Positions 36,256-46,189 of a DNA stretch of 64,000 nucleotides are shown one piece after another. The stretch lies in assembly GCA_019192455.1 (NCBI GenBank), contig JAHCML010000005.1, forward strand, positions 50,277 to 114,276. The letters are read 5' to 3'. Below the pieces are notes generated by a model that had not been told where the DNA came from, did not search any database, and was given only the letters and a program-made list of their open reading frames with translations. Position 1 is the stretch's first letter. Each line of letters begins with the position of its first letter. The DNA is from Alphaproteobacteria bacterium SS10 (lineage in GTDB: Bacteria > Pseudomonadota > Alphaproteobacteria > TMED2). A program made the translations under genes and the position numbers.

Positions 36256-36890
36256 AGTATGTGATCCGTGAAACGGGGCTCTTGGATCCGTTGCTTGATG
36301 AGGGCAACGATACCCAGCTGGAGATCCTAAAATCGATCGGACACGTTATGTGTCTGCTGCACTGCCGACAGTGGGATTTCAAATCGACGAATGATTTGGA
36401 ACAGTGGTTGGTCAGTGTCCTGCTTACCGAGCAGTCTGATCTGCGCCGCAGGCCTGGGCCCACACAGACCATACGCAGCATTGTGCAGAAGCGCGTTATT
36501 CGGCCTACCGCCAATCTGCAGATGCCGCAACTATGGGCAAGCATTCTTGATCTCCGCCCGGACGTTGAAAAGTTCGTTGCGGAGCGGCACACCAAAGCCA
36601 ATGACGAGCCGTTTCTGCGCCTCGTCTTTTGGTTCTTTAATAACGGTATCTCGGAGTATCACTTGCGGGATTACGTCGGCCCGGTCATTGACCGGCATTT
36701 TAGGGCGGATGGTAAGAAACTGGCCTCGATATGGCGTGGGGTTTGGATAGTTCGTGAGGATTTACGCGATGCGTTTGATCTATCTACGGCTAAGGGCACC
36801 AAGGAATATCAAGCCTGGCTGGGCGATGGTTTAGCCCGTGAGTATCCGGCCCTCGCCAAGATTGCCGCCGAAATCAGTCAACAAGGCTAG
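36252..36890 (+). CDS. Hypothetical protein carrying the W-x2-R-x-D-L repeat module also seen in the GT at 46190
   Basis: 4-nt overlap with the upstream gene. The two modules read LWASILDLRPDVEKF...FWFFNNGISEYHL and IWRGVWIVREDLRDAFDL...YQAWLGDGLAREYP. Confidence 0.6.
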   Translation: MKYVIRETGLLDPLLDEGNDTQLEILKSIGHVMCLLHCRQWDFKSTNDLEQWLVSVLLTEQSDLRRRPGPTQTIRSIVQKRVIRPTANLQMPQLWASILDLRPDVEKFVAERHTKANDEPFLRLVFWFFNNGISEYHLRDYVGPVIDRHFRADGKKLASIWRGVWIVREDLRDAFDLSTAKGTKEYQAWLGDGLAREYPALAKIAAEISQQG

Positions 36891-36900
36891 CTCTCTCTAA

Positions 36901-37626
36901 ATGGAAGATAAGACCAAATTTGTTCTGATATCGGTCGCACGGACTGGGTCTAACTACATTGTCGGGATGCTGAATAAGCACCCCGACTGCCACTGCCATT
37001 TCGAGATTGCCAACCCTAGTCAGGTCGTCGGCGCCGAAGGTGGTCCGGTTACGACCAATCGCCCCCTTACCCGGGAGTTTCGTGACGAAGATCCAGTTGG
37101 TTTTACCAATGCGGCCTTCGATACCAAGAAGCCGTTTGCGGCGGTTGGGTTCAAGATCTTCGGTGGTGATGTGCCGGAGATTGTTCAGTTCGCCCTGAAG
37201 TCTAAGGACATCAAAAAGATCGTCTTAAGGCGCGATAACCTCCTCGCCTCCTACTCATCCATGACCATTGCGATGGCGAATGGTGTCTGGCGGGCGAAGG
37301 AGAAGAGTGATCTGCGAGAGACTAAGGTTGAGTTCATCCCTGAGAAGTTTGATCACTATCGCAATGTTACGTCCCAGTTCTACCAACGGGTTGAGCACCA
37401 GTTGTCCAGCGAAGGGCAAGAGTTCCTGAAGCTCAGTTACTCTAAGCTGCGTGATCCAGAGCAGGCACAGGCCCTGTTTCGTTTCCTAAACCTCGCTGAA
37501 CCAGCTAGCCCGGAAGCCGATTTGTTGCGACAAAACTCAAAGGACATGCTCGAGCGGTTTTCCAACCCCGCTGTTGTGCAGACCCATATGCGCGATATCG
37601 GTCAAGAAGACTGGATGTCTGAGTAA
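36901..37626 (+). CDS. Sulfotransferase (Stf0-like)
   Basis: 5'-PSB-like loop ISVARTGSNYI and 3'-PB-like IVLRRDNLLASYSS. Confidence 0.7.
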   Translation: MEDKTKFVLISVARTGSNYIVGMLNKHPDCHCHFEIANPSQVVGAEGGPVTTNRPLTREFRDEDPVGFTNAAFDTKKPFAAVGFKIFGGDVPEIVQFALKSKDIKKIVLRRDNLLASYSSMTIAMANGVWRAKEKSDLRETKVEFIPEKFDHYRNVTSQFYQRVEHQLSSEGQEFLKLSYSKLRDPEQAQALFRFLNLAEPASPEADLLRQNSKDMLERFSNPAVVQTHMRDIGQEDWMSE

Positions 37627-37642
37627 GCTTGGAGAGTGAACA

Positions 37643-38476
37643 ATGGCAATTGTTGAGCAGTCAGACCTCTCGGACGAAGAAGTTAGCAACCTGATATCAA
37701 AGGTAAAATTTTGGTATCACTCAGTTGAAATCCTGCCCGGTGTCGTGGCCCCGGGGATTGTGCCCAAGGGTGATCGCTATCCTGAAGAAAAGCAGGTTCG
37801 GGCGATTGAGGGGCTGACCTCAATTGAGGGTAAGCGGATCCTTGAGATTGGCACTTGGGATGGCCCGGTTGCCTATGCTCTCGCAGCCCGCGGTCATGAC
37901 GTCTCCGCTTGCGATATCCAGAACCCGCAGAAGACCGGTTTTAACACGATTGGCAAGATCACCGGGCTGGACGTGCCGTATGTTCGGTGCAGCGTCTATG
38001 AGCTGCCGGACCATTATGAACAAGAATTCGATGTCGTCTTGTTCATGGGTATTTTCTATCACCTGAAACACCCAATCCTGGCGTTTGAGAAGATCCGGGA
38101 TGTGCTCAAGCCGGGTGGCCATGTCATTGCCATCGGCTCCGGTATGGGCACCTATGCTGAGCAGTTGAGCGGTGCTGCGGTTGACGAAGGCGCGCAGGTC
38201 GTCCTCGATGCCCTTGGCCAGGCCGATGATTTCAATATCCCGCTTTGCTTGAGCTACCCCGGTAATTTTATGAATGGTGACAATTGGTTTTTCCCAAACC
38301 GGACGGCACTCACCGGCTGGATGTCAGCGGCGGGCTTTGATGTTGGCTCAATGACCGGTAAGCAAGCGCCCAATGGTTGCCAGTACATCAATGCACTAGG
38401 CCGCAAAGTCTCTGGCTCGGTTAGCATGGAGCATCAGCTGATTGGTGAGCAGGGCGGCTATGTCAGTGATATATGA
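37643..38476 (+). CDS. Class I SAM-dependent methyltransferase (DUF1698/CmoB-like)
   Basis: WYHSVEILPG, ILEIGTWDGPVAYALA (motif I), and FDVVLFMGIFYHLKHP. Confidence 0.8.
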   Translation: MAIVEQSDLSDEEVSNLISKVKFWYHSVEILPGVVAPGIVPKGDRYPEEKQVRAIEGLTSIEGKRILEIGTWDGPVAYALAARGHDVSACDIQNPQKTGFNTIGKITGLDVPYVRCSVYELPDHYEQEFDVVLFMGIFYHLKHPILAFEKIRDVLKPGGHVIAIGSGMGTYAEQLSGAAVDEGAQVVLDALGQADDFNIPLCLSYPGNFMNGDNWFFPNRTALTGWMSAAGFDVGSMTGKQAPNGCQYINALGRKVSGSVSMEHQLIGEQGGYVSDI

Positions 38477-38496
38477 CCGCTAAAGCTGGGCACGTA

Positions 38497-39231
38497 TCAG
38501 TCCAGCATCCAGGCATGCTCTGTTGTTTCCAGATGCGCACGGACCTCATCGTAATTCCCGATGTCCTCTGCTAGCGACTTGCCGGTTTTCTGCAGCTGGA
38601 TTTTTGCTGGAACCTGTTCAAGTCCCAGGAAGTTTAAAATCTTCTCATAGGCAATATTGGGGTCCTGCTCGACATCGTCTTCATAGGTCAGATGCAGGAA
38701 GCCAGGCTGCTTCTCTTCGAGGAACTCAATCAGGCCGCGATTGTACTCCACAGCCCCAGTGACTGTGTGTTTCAGCGTGCCACTGCTCATCGTGTCGAAA
38801 TCGGTGAAGTTATCTAGGTCGATTAACACCTTGTCGTCGGGCGGCTGCTGGCCCTTAAGCACGTGATAAACTTGGTTCTTACTTGCACGATGCGCGCTGA
38901 TCATCCGCTTCAGGACGTTTTTGCGTTCCAAGAAGATGTGCTGGCAATCATCCCTGAAGTATCCGCTTAAAAACGGTCGAATGGTTGTGTTTGACCGTTT
39001 GAAAAAGTTGATCGGCTTGACTTCTAGGCCGGTGATATCCGTCTTTTTGCTGGTCTGTGAGGCCACAAGCTTGTGGTAGTCCGGCGGCGTCAGGTTCTTT
39101 TTATCCTGAAGCGCGGCGGTGAAGATTTCCTGTCGCCAGTCGATACCTGGGTGCTGACTCAGCATAATGGCCAGAACGGTTGAACCGCTCCGGCCAAAAT
39201 GAGTCATGAAAACCAGCTTATTTGACGCCAT
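38497..39231 (-). CDS. Sulfotransferase (Stf0-like)
   Basis: THFGRSGSTVLA PAPS loop and IFLERKNVLKRMIS. It lies 30 nt downstream of glcB on the same strand. Confidence 0.75.
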   Translation of the reverse strand: MASNKLVFMTHFGRSGSTVLAIMLSQHPGIDWRQEIFTAALQDKKNLTPPDYHKLVASQTSKKTDITGLEVKPINFFKRSNTTIRPFLSGYFRDDCQHIFLERKNVLKRMISAHRASKNQVYHVLKGQQPPDDKVLIDLDNFTDFDTMSSGTLKHTVTGAVEYNRGLIEFLEEKQPGFLHLTYEDDVEQDPNIAYEKILNFLGLEQVPAKIQLQKTGKSLAEDIGNYDEVRAHLETTEHAWMLD

Positions 39232-39261
39232 GAACTTCGCGCAGTAATCCCGACCGATAGG

Positions 39262-41424
39262 TCAGCCATGCGCAGCTTTGACCTCTAACCGGCGTTTGTG
39301 AAGGGTTGGCTCAGTATAGCCGTTGGGTTGGCTCGTACCTTCAAAGACCAGATCGCAAGCGGCTTTGAACGCGATTGATGTGTCGAAGTTGCCATCCATC
39401 GGCGTGTAGGTCGGGTCACCAGCATTCTGGCCATCTACCTTGGCGGCCATACGCTTCATCACGGTCATCACCTGATCTTCGGTGCAGATGCCGTGGCGCA
39501 GCCAGTTAGCAATGTGTTGGCTGGAAATTCGCAGGGTCGCGCGATCTTCCATCAGGCCCACATCATTGATGTCCGGCACCTTGGAACAGCCGACGCCATC
39601 ATCAACCCAACGCACCACATAGCCGAGGATACCCTGGGCATTGTTCTCAAGCTCCTGCTCGATATCGGCGGGTTGCCAGTTTGGCCGCTCAATAACCGGG
39701 ATGGTCAGCAGCTTGTCGATGGAGGCACGCTCCCGGCTCGCCAGGCGCTCCTGCTCGGCCTTCACGCTGATTGCGTGATAGTGGGTGGCATGCAGCGTGG
39801 CGGCGGTGGGCGATGGCACCCAGGCGGTATTTGCGCCTGCTTTTGGATGACCGGTCTTTTGCTCCAGCATCTCGGCCATACGGTCGGGCATGGCCCACAT
39901 GCCCTTGCCGATTTGTGCCTTGCCACGGAAACCGCAGGCGAGGCCGATATCAACGTTCTGATCCTCATAGGCCTGGATCCAGTCTGCACCCTTAATGTCA
40001 TCCTTACGGATGAACGGACCTGCCTCCATGGAGGTATGGATCTCATCGCCCGTGCGGTCGAGGAAGCCAGTGTTGATGAAGAAGATCCGGTCCTTCACCG
40101 CGCGGATGCACTCTTTCAGATTGGCAGAGGTGCGGCGCTCTTCATCCATCACACCGACCTTAATGGTGTTCGGTGCCATGCCGAGCAGAGCCTCAACCTT
40201 GCTGAAGATCTCATCGGTGAATGCAACCTCATCCGGGCCATGCATCTTCGGCTTCACGACATAGACGGAGCCGGCTCGGCTGTTCTTACGGGTGGTATTG
40301 CCCTTCAGGTCATGAAGCGCGATCAGTGGGGTTACGAACGCATCCATTAGGCCCTCTGGCATTTCATTGCCGTTGGCATCCAGAATGGTTGGGTTGGTCA
40401 TCAGGTGGCCCACATTCCGCAACAGCAGAAGTGAGCGGCCATGAAGGCGGACGCTGCCGCCATCGGGTGCGGTGTAGGCGCGGTCGGCATTCATCGCCCG
40501 GGTGACGCTTTTCCCACCTTTCTGGAAGGTGTCTTCAAGCTTACCGGTCACCAGGCCCAGCCAGTTACGATAGGCGAGCACTTTATCGGCCGCATCGACC
40601 GCCGCGACACTGTCCTCGAGGTCCAGGATGGTCGACATGGCGGATTCAAGGATGAGGTCGGCGATGCCGGCCTTGTCTTCTTTGCCGATCGGGTGGTTGG
40701 GGTCGATTTGGATATCGATGTGCAGGCCGTTATGGGCCAGCAGAACTGAGTTTGGTGATGCGGCATCACCCTGGTAACCGACGAACTGTGCGGTGTCGGC
40801 CAGGCCATCGCTACCAGCCACCACAAGCTTGCCACCCTCAACGCTTAGGCCGGTGATATCGGCCCAGCTGGCGCCGGATAGTGGCGCGTGATCATCAAGG
40901 AACTTACGGGCCCAGGCGATCACCTTGGCACCACGTGCCGGGTTATAGCCGCCCGCACGCTCAGCGCCGCCATCCTCGGAGATGGCATCGGTACCGTAAA
41001 GCGCGTCATAGAGGCTGCCCCAGCGGGCATTGGCAGCATTCAGGGCATAGCGGGCGTTCAGGATCGGCACCACCAGCTGTGGGCCAGCAACCTCTGAAAT
41101 CTCAGGGTCAGTATTGGCGGTTTCGATGCTGAAAACAGGACCCTCAGGCACCAGATAACCAATGCTGGTCAGGAACTCCTTATAGCCAGCCATGTCGCTG
41201 ACCGGGCCCGGGTTCTCCCGATGGAAGGTATCGATCTTGGCCTGCATATCGTCACGGATGGCGAGCAGGGATCGGTTCTTAGGCGCCAACTCATCCAGCG
41301 TAGCGGTGAAGCCATTCCAATAGGCATCGCGGTCAATACCGGAGCCGGGCAGGGCCTCTTGATCAATAAAGTCGACCAGTTCTTGGGCGATCTGATAGCC
41401 GCCAATGGTGCTGCGTTGGGTCAT
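39262..41424 (-). CDS. glcB: Malate synthase G
   Basis: 720 aa. The N-terminal [19 protein letters not shown] and full-length collinearity match the GlcB family. Confidence 0.95.
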   Translation of the reverse strand: MTQRSTIGGYQIAQELVDFIDQEALPGSGIDRDAYWNGFTATLDELAPKNRSLLAIRDDMQAKIDTFHRENPGPVSDMAGYKEFLTSIGYLVPEGPVFSIETANTDPEISEVAGPQLVVPILNARYALNAANARWGSLYDALYGTDAISEDGGAERAGGYNPARGAKVIAWARKFLDDHAPLSGASWADITGLSVEGGKLVVAGSDGLADTAQFVGYQGDAASPNSVLLAHNGLHIDIQIDPNHPIGKEDKAGIADLILESAMSTILDLEDSVAAVDAADKVLAYRNWLGLVTGKLEDTFQKGGKSVTRAMNADRAYTAPDGGSVRLHGRSLLLLRNVGHLMTNPTILDANGNEMPEGLMDAFVTPLIALHDLKGNTTRKNSRAGSVYVVKPKMHGPDEVAFTDEIFSKVEALLGMAPNTIKVGVMDEERRTSANLKECIRAVKDRIFFINTGFLDRTGDEIHTSMEAGPFIRKDDIKGADWIQAYEDQNVDIGLACGFRGKAQIGKGMWAMPDRMAEMLEQKTGHPKAGANTAWVPSPTAATLHATHYHAISVKAEQERLASRERASIDKLLTIPVIERPNWQPADIEQELENNAQGILGYVVRWVDDGVGCSKVPDINDVGLMEDRATLRISSQHIANWLRHGICTEDQVMTVMKRMAAKVDGQNAGDPTYTPMDGNFDTSIAFKAACDLVFEGTSQPNGYTEPTLHKRRLEVKAAHG

Positions 41425-41495
41425 GGGTTTGTTTCCTATCGGGTGTCGCCTATCGGCAAAGAATGTTTCGGATATCGGTTTGTGGCGGGGTCGGA

Positions 41496-41927
41496 TCAGC
41501 CGGTAACGGCGGTTAGGCCAGCCGCCTCAACACCGGCGACGGCGGCGATCTCGTCATTGTCTGAGGTGTCGCCAGTAATACCGACAGCACCCAGCAGGGT
41601 ACCGGCGCCATCCTTGACCAGCACGCCGCCCGGAACCGGGACCAAGGCGCCATCGGCGAGGGCGTTTACCGATTGGATGAAATAGGGCTGCTCTTGCGCG
41701 CGAGTGAAAATTGCGCGGCTACCAATGCCGAGGGAGATCGCACCATAGGCCTTACCATGGGCAACCTTGGGGCGAAGCAGGCTGGAGCCATCCTCACGTT
41801 CCGTGGCCAGGGTGACGCCATGGGCGTCCAGTACGGTCACGGTGAGTGGCTTGAGGTTCAGCTCACGCCCCTTTGCGCGGGCGGCTTCAATGATGGTTTT
41901 GGCCTGGTCGAGTGTCAGGGTGGACAT
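41496..41927 (-). CDS. GlcG/HbpS-like heme-binding protein (DUF336)
   Basis: [17 protein letters not shown]...GGVLV...[14 protein letters not shown]. Confidence 0.85.
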   Translation of the reverse strand: MSTLTLDQAKTIIEAARAKGRELNLKPLTVTVLDAHGVTLATEREDGSSLLRPKVAHGKAYGAISLGIGSRAIFTRAQEQPYFIQSVNALADGALVPVPGGVLVKDGAGTLLGAVGITGDTSDNDEIAAVAGVEAAGLTAVTG

Positions 41928-42158
41928 GGGCGTTCCTCAAAAATCGTTCGGGGCTGGGTGGCGCGCGCATGTCGGTGGCGCCCCGCAGCTTGGGACCATG
42001 GGATGGTCGTTTAGGACGAATTCAGAGGTAGGTGGCAAACCCATGATCGGCAAGTGATTTACGGCGATCAGCCCGGCATCAAAAGCTTTATGCGCAAAAC
42101 GCAGGAATGGGTTAGCGTGCTGGCCTGTGGTTACGCCCGTTAGTTTTCAGGTTTTGGA

Positions 42159-42824
42159 ATGCTGGATCCCGCACTTTTCGGTGCTTTTGTCATCGCTTCA
42201 GTTCTGATCGCGGTCACCCCTGGCCCAGATACTGTCTTTGTTGTGGGTCACACCATCACCCGCGGTCGGCGTATCGGTTTCGTCGCCATGGCGGGTATTG
42301 GTTTGGGGCTGGTCATCCATAGTCTGGCGGCGGTTTTTGGTCTGTCCCAACTCTTCGTTCACGCGCCAATGGCCTATGAAGCGGTTCGTTGGTTGGGCGT
42401 TGCCTATCTGCTGTGGTTAGCGTGGCAAGTTTGGCGGGATGGGCAGCAGGGTGTCGATCCCCTGGCATCCGTCACGGGTGAGGGGGGCGAGGCCCAGCCA
42501 ACGCCCAAGACCGGTTATGCCCGGGTGTTCCGCAACGCGCTTCTGACCAACCTATTCAACCCGAAGCTGATCGTCTTCTTCATCGCGTTCTTGCCGCAAT
42601 TTGTGCCGGCGGGCGCGCCAACGGCCCTGACCCTGATCATGTTGGCCATCGTCTTCGTCGCCATTGGCATGGTTTGGCTCGCCGCGATGGTGCTGCTGTT
42701 CGCCAGGATTGGTGGTTGGTTAAGTGAGAATGCTGGGTTCTGGCGTTGGCAGAACCGTATCCTGGCCGTGACCCTGGGTGGGATGGCGCTTTGGCTCGCC
42801 GGGCATGAGCGGCAGGCGGGTTAA
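42159..42824 (+). CDS. LysE/RhtB family amino-acid exporter
   Basis: N-terminal VTPGPDTVFVV motif and six TM segments. Confidence 0.85.
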   Translation: MLDPALFGAFVIASVLIAVTPGPDTVFVVGHTITRGRRIGFVAMAGIGLGLVIHSLAAVFGLSQLFVHAPMAYEAVRWLGVAYLLWLAWQVWRDGQQGVDPLASVTGEGGEAQPTPKTGYARVFRNALLTNLFNPKLIVFFIAFLPQFVPAGAPTALTLIMLAIVFVAIGMVWLAAMVLLFARIGGWLSENAGFWRWQNRILAVTLGGMALWLAGHERQAG

Positions 42825-42944
42825 GTTACCCTTATTGTTTTTTGGCGAATGTTGGACCGGGCCTGCGGGCCCTGGTATGAGTAGAGTGATAAAAAACAAG
42901 GCGTTGGACCACCTACAAGCCAACGCATCGGGAAGGCTTACATC

Positions 42945-43316
42945 GTGACCCAATACAAGGCAGATGACCTGTTAAATGCCATGCCTGACGCCGTGGCTGA
43001 GCTGGCCAATCGGGTGCGGCTAACGATTATGGAGCACACGCCGGATTGCGATGAGGCAACCATCCCGGCCGCAAAATCGATCCACTACATTCTGCAGGGG
43101 CCAGACTACATCCCCGGGCCATTCCTGACCCTGGCGCTGACCCCCCGCTCGATTAAGCTACATTTCCTCTATGGTGATCAGCTTTCCGACCCAGATCGGC
43201 TGCTTGAAGGGTTTGGCGGGCGTCAACGCATTGCCGCTATTCAAAGTGTAGATGATGCCCAGCATCCAGGCCTAATCGGGCTGATTGACCAGGCGCGCAA
43301 ACTGCGCAAACGGTAG
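42945..43316 (+). CDS. DUF1801-like (YdhG-like) protein
   Basis: 123 aa. GTG start with a GGGAAGG SD. The product assignment is tentative, from general pattern recall. Confidence 0.5.
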   Translation: MTQYKADDLLNAMPDAVAELANRVRLTIMEHTPDCDEATIPAAKSIHYILQGPDYIPGPFLTLALTPRSIKLHFLYGDQLSDPDRLLEGFGGRQRIAAIQSVDDAQHPGLIGLIDQARKLRKR

Positions 43317-43415
43317 GGCTGTTCTGCCTGACGACAGCTGGGGTTGCCTTGCCGCTGGCGAGAGGGCATATCTCCCGTAATCCCAGAGTTCACCAACATT
43401 AGGAAGAGGCCCATC

Positions 43416-43898
43416 ATGGCCGGCATGTTCGCGCAGCGCGTCACCGTTGAGCAGATCGAAGAAGGCTATGAACTAGCCCCGAAGTTCGATGCTGACGGTC
43501 TTATCCCCGTCGTCACCACCTCCGCGAAGAGCGGCGAGGTGCTGATGCTTGGCTACATGAATGAAGAGGCGCTGAAGCTGACGGTTCAAACCGGTGAGGC
43601 CCATTATTACAGCCGCAGCCGCAAGCAGCTTTGGCGTAAGGGCGCATCATCCGGCCTGCTGCAGAAGGTGCAAGAGATCCGCATCGATGATGACCAGGAT
43701 GCCGTCTGGATCGCGGTTGAGATTGATGGCCCTTATGGTGAGGCAAGCTGCCATGTTGGGTATCGCTCTTGCTTCTATCGTTCGCTAGAGGTGGGCCAGG
43801 GCGATGATGCCCCGGCGAAGCTTAAGTTCGAAGAGCATGAGCTCGTCTTCAATCCCAAAGAAGTGTATGGCGACGCGCCAAATCCGACCCAGGTTTAA
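43416..43898 (+). CDS. hisI: Phosphoribosyl-AMP cyclohydrolase (monofunctional)
   Basis: GLIPVVTT...VLMLGYMNEEAL...YYSRSRKQLWRKGASSG...DDDQDAVW...CHVGYRSCFY. Confidence 0.9.
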   Translation: MAGMFAQRVTVEQIEEGYELAPKFDADGLIPVVTTSAKSGEVLMLGYMNEEALKLTVQTGEAHYYSRSRKQLWRKGASSGLLQKVQEIRIDDDQDAVWIAVEIDGPYGEASCHVGYRSCFYRSLEVGQGDDAPAKLKFEEHELVFNPKEVYGDAPNPTQV

Positions 43899-43934
43899 TC
43901 TCGAGCGTCTTTATTTGAGATTGGCCGGTGGCCT

Positions 43935-44591
43935 TTGACTGAACAGCAATCAGAGCCAACATCCAAAAGCGATGATGCGCCCACACGGCCGTCATCCCGG
44001 TTCGCCCGCTTTCCCTGGATTACGACGGCAATCATCATTGCGCTGGTCGTGTCGATCATCGTGCCCGATCTGCTGTTTGATCGGCTTCGCCCTGATTTAC
44101 CGCGCGACGCGCTGGCTGAGATCGAGGAGCAAGTCCGCGACCGCTACACATCACTGACCCATGTCGACATTGCCAGCGTGCCCCGGCTTGAGAGCACGGG
44201 GCCAGAGCTGGTGATCTTTGATGTCCGGGAGGCAGTCGAGCATCAGGCCAGCCACATACCGGGCGCAATCCAGGTCGACCCCAACATTTCAGCAGTTGAG
44301 TTCATGCGCCTCTATGGCCGTGAAGTTGCGGATAAGCAGGTGCTTTTCTATTGCAGCGTTGGTCGCCGCGCCTCCCGCCTTGCCGTGCGGGTTGAGCGCC
44401 CATTGGCGGCAGCGGGTACTCGCATCCACAACCTGTCTGGCGGTATTTTCCGGTGGTTTGGTGAGGATCAGCCGCTCAATAATGCAGCAGGCGAGGTGGT
44501 TGATTACATCCACCCCTATAACCGTTCCGTGGCCCGCTTGATGCCCAAGGCCAATCCAGAGACGGCGCCAGACTTCCAGATGCTGCCTTAG
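43935..44591 (+). CDS. Membrane-anchored rhodanese-domain protein
   Basis: An N-terminal TM helix, then VIFDVREAVEHQASHIPGAIQV and the active-site loop YCSVGRRAS. Confidence 0.75.
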   Translation: MTEQQSEPTSKSDDAPTRPSSRFARFPWITTAIIIALVVSIIVPDLLFDRLRPDLPRDALAEIEEQVRDRYTSLTHVDIASVPRLESTGPELVIFDVREAVEHQASHIPGAIQVDPNISAVEFMRLYGREVADKQVLFYCSVGRRASRLAVRVERPLAAAGTRIHNLSGGIFRWFGEDQPLNNAAGEVVDYIHPYNRSVARLMPKANPETAPDFQMLP

Positions 44592-44604
44592 TGGCTTAAC
44601 CAGC

Positions 44605-45153
44605 TTAGCTGACGATGACGTCGATACTGACCGGTTGATCCCCGCATTGAGGGGCAATCTGGTCCAGATATTCGCCCAGGCTCTGCTGCTCCATCGCCAC
44701 CTGCTGACCATCAATATAGAGCCCGATGACATCCTGCTGATTGATCAGGATTACCGCCATGTCGAGGCAGAGGATGGCCGGCACATTCTCCATATGAAAA
44801 CGGGCGAAGTTTGGGTCGCCGGTGAAGGGGGCTGCCTCAATCGCCCCATCCTGCCAGGGCGCGGTCAGGGCGCCATCAACAACCAAGCTAGGCGGCGCTG
44901 CATTCAGGCGGACAATCAAATCAGGGCGTAGATTACTGTACCTGCCTGCCTCATCGCTCCGCCCCTCAAATGCATCGGACACGGCACCAATCATAAGGGC
45001 AATTTGAATTGCCGAGCGGTTCGGTGAGATGCGTTGAGCCTCCGCCGTTTGCAATCCTGTTCCAGCCATAACAAGGGCAATCAGAACAGCGATGACGACC
45101 AATGGTCGTATCGGTCTGGGCGAGGGGTGATCAAAAGGCATTTTTGAGGACAC
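44605..45153 (-). CDS. Hypothetical signal-anchored/exported protein
   Basis: N-terminal hydrophobic segment LVVIAVLIALVMAGTGLQTAEA. No domain recognised. Confidence 0.5.
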   Translation of the reverse strand: MSSKMPFDHPSPRPIRPLVVIAVLIALVMAGTGLQTAEAQRISPNRSAIQIALMIGAVSDAFEGRSDEAGRYSNLRPDLIVRLNAAPPSLVVDGALTAPWQDGAIEAAPFTGDPNFARFHMENVPAILCLDMAVILINQQDVIGLYIDGQQVAMEQQSLGEYLDQIAPQCGDQPVSIDVIVS

Positions 45154-45253
45154 AGGTGGTTGGCGAAATGACCATTAAGAGGCCGTTAACGGCTTCGGGC
45201 CTTAGCTACCGTGCTACGCTGATTTCTTCAGGTTTTCAATATTCTGACGGCCC

Positions 45254-45751
45254 ATGGAACGCGTCGACGACCCAACCGAACGCCAACCACTCGAAACAGA
45301 GTTCTTCACCTTGGCAAAGGTGCTGTTCGAGCATGGGCTGGTTGTGCGTGATGGTCATGGCCATCCCATGGACCCCAACTCTGTTGAGTCAGATCCTGTC
45401 CGCTTCGAACAGCGGCGCAGCCTGACCTGGAAGTTGGTTTTGACCGCCTATTGCCATATGGCGGATGAGTACGGCTACACCCGTAACTCGCTGGATATGG
45501 ATAGCCGTAAGCTGTTCGACGCAATCCGTGGGATGCGCACAATTGCGAGTTTCTTTGACTGGCAACTGCAGCCACTCACCACCCCGGTTCAGCGCAATGC
45601 CATCCGTGATTTGGTCGAGCTTAGCACCGCCGGCATGCCGTTTCGTGAGGTGCATTTCAATTTGAAGATTGAGAATGGGCGCCTCATCGTTGATGACACC
45701 TTGCTCGACCTGTTGCGGTATCTGACCACCATGCTTCGCCACGATGTGTAA
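45254..45751 (+). CDS. Hypothetical cytoplasmic protein
   Basis: 165-aa ORF. No motif recognised. Confidence 0.5.
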   Translation: MERVDDPTERQPLETEFFTLAKVLFEHGLVVRDGHGHPMDPNSVESDPVRFEQRRSLTWKLVLTAYCHMADEYGYTRNSLDMDSRKLFDAIRGMRTIASFFDWQLQPLTTPVQRNAIRDLVELSTAGMPFREVHFNLKIENGRLIVDDTLLDLLRYLTTMLRHDV

Positions 45752-45838
45752 CCGTGCAGGTGACAGGATCTGATACTGCGGCTATTTGTGCGCCTGATCG
45801 GGTTTCCCGGCCCGCGCTTTGCCCCATATCCATGCATC

Positions 45839-46147
45839 ATGACAGACGCTCAAAACCCACCAACACTGCCCATCAAGCGCGTGGTCGCCATTATCACCCG
45901 GCTGACCATTGCCAGCCTGTTCATCGCTATCATCGGAACCGTGGCAATCTTCGTCGGTTGCGCGGAGGGTGGTGGCACTTGTCAGGATGGCCAGCCGCTG
46001 CCGGGATGGATTGCAACGGTTACCAAGGTTACCGGCGGCTTTTGGGGCTTGGTGATGCTGCTTCTGCTGATCCTGCCGGTCCCACTCTTCATGAGTATGC
46101 GGGCCCAACGCCGACAGCAGGCCGCCTTAGATCAAGCAGATACCTAG
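45839..46147 (+). CDS. Small membrane protein (2 TM)
   Basis: ATG at 45839. TM segments VVAIITRLTIASLFIAIIGTVAIFV and FWGLVMLLLLILPVPLF. Confidence 0.5.
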   Translation: MTDAQNPPTLPIKRVVAIITRLTIASLFIAIIGTVAIFVGCAEGGGTCQDGQPLPGWIATVTKVTGGFWGLVMLLLLILPVPLFMSMRAQRRQQAALDQADT

Positions 46148-46189
46148 AACAAGACACCGCCACGGGGTGTTTAGTAGGGTCCAACGGTC

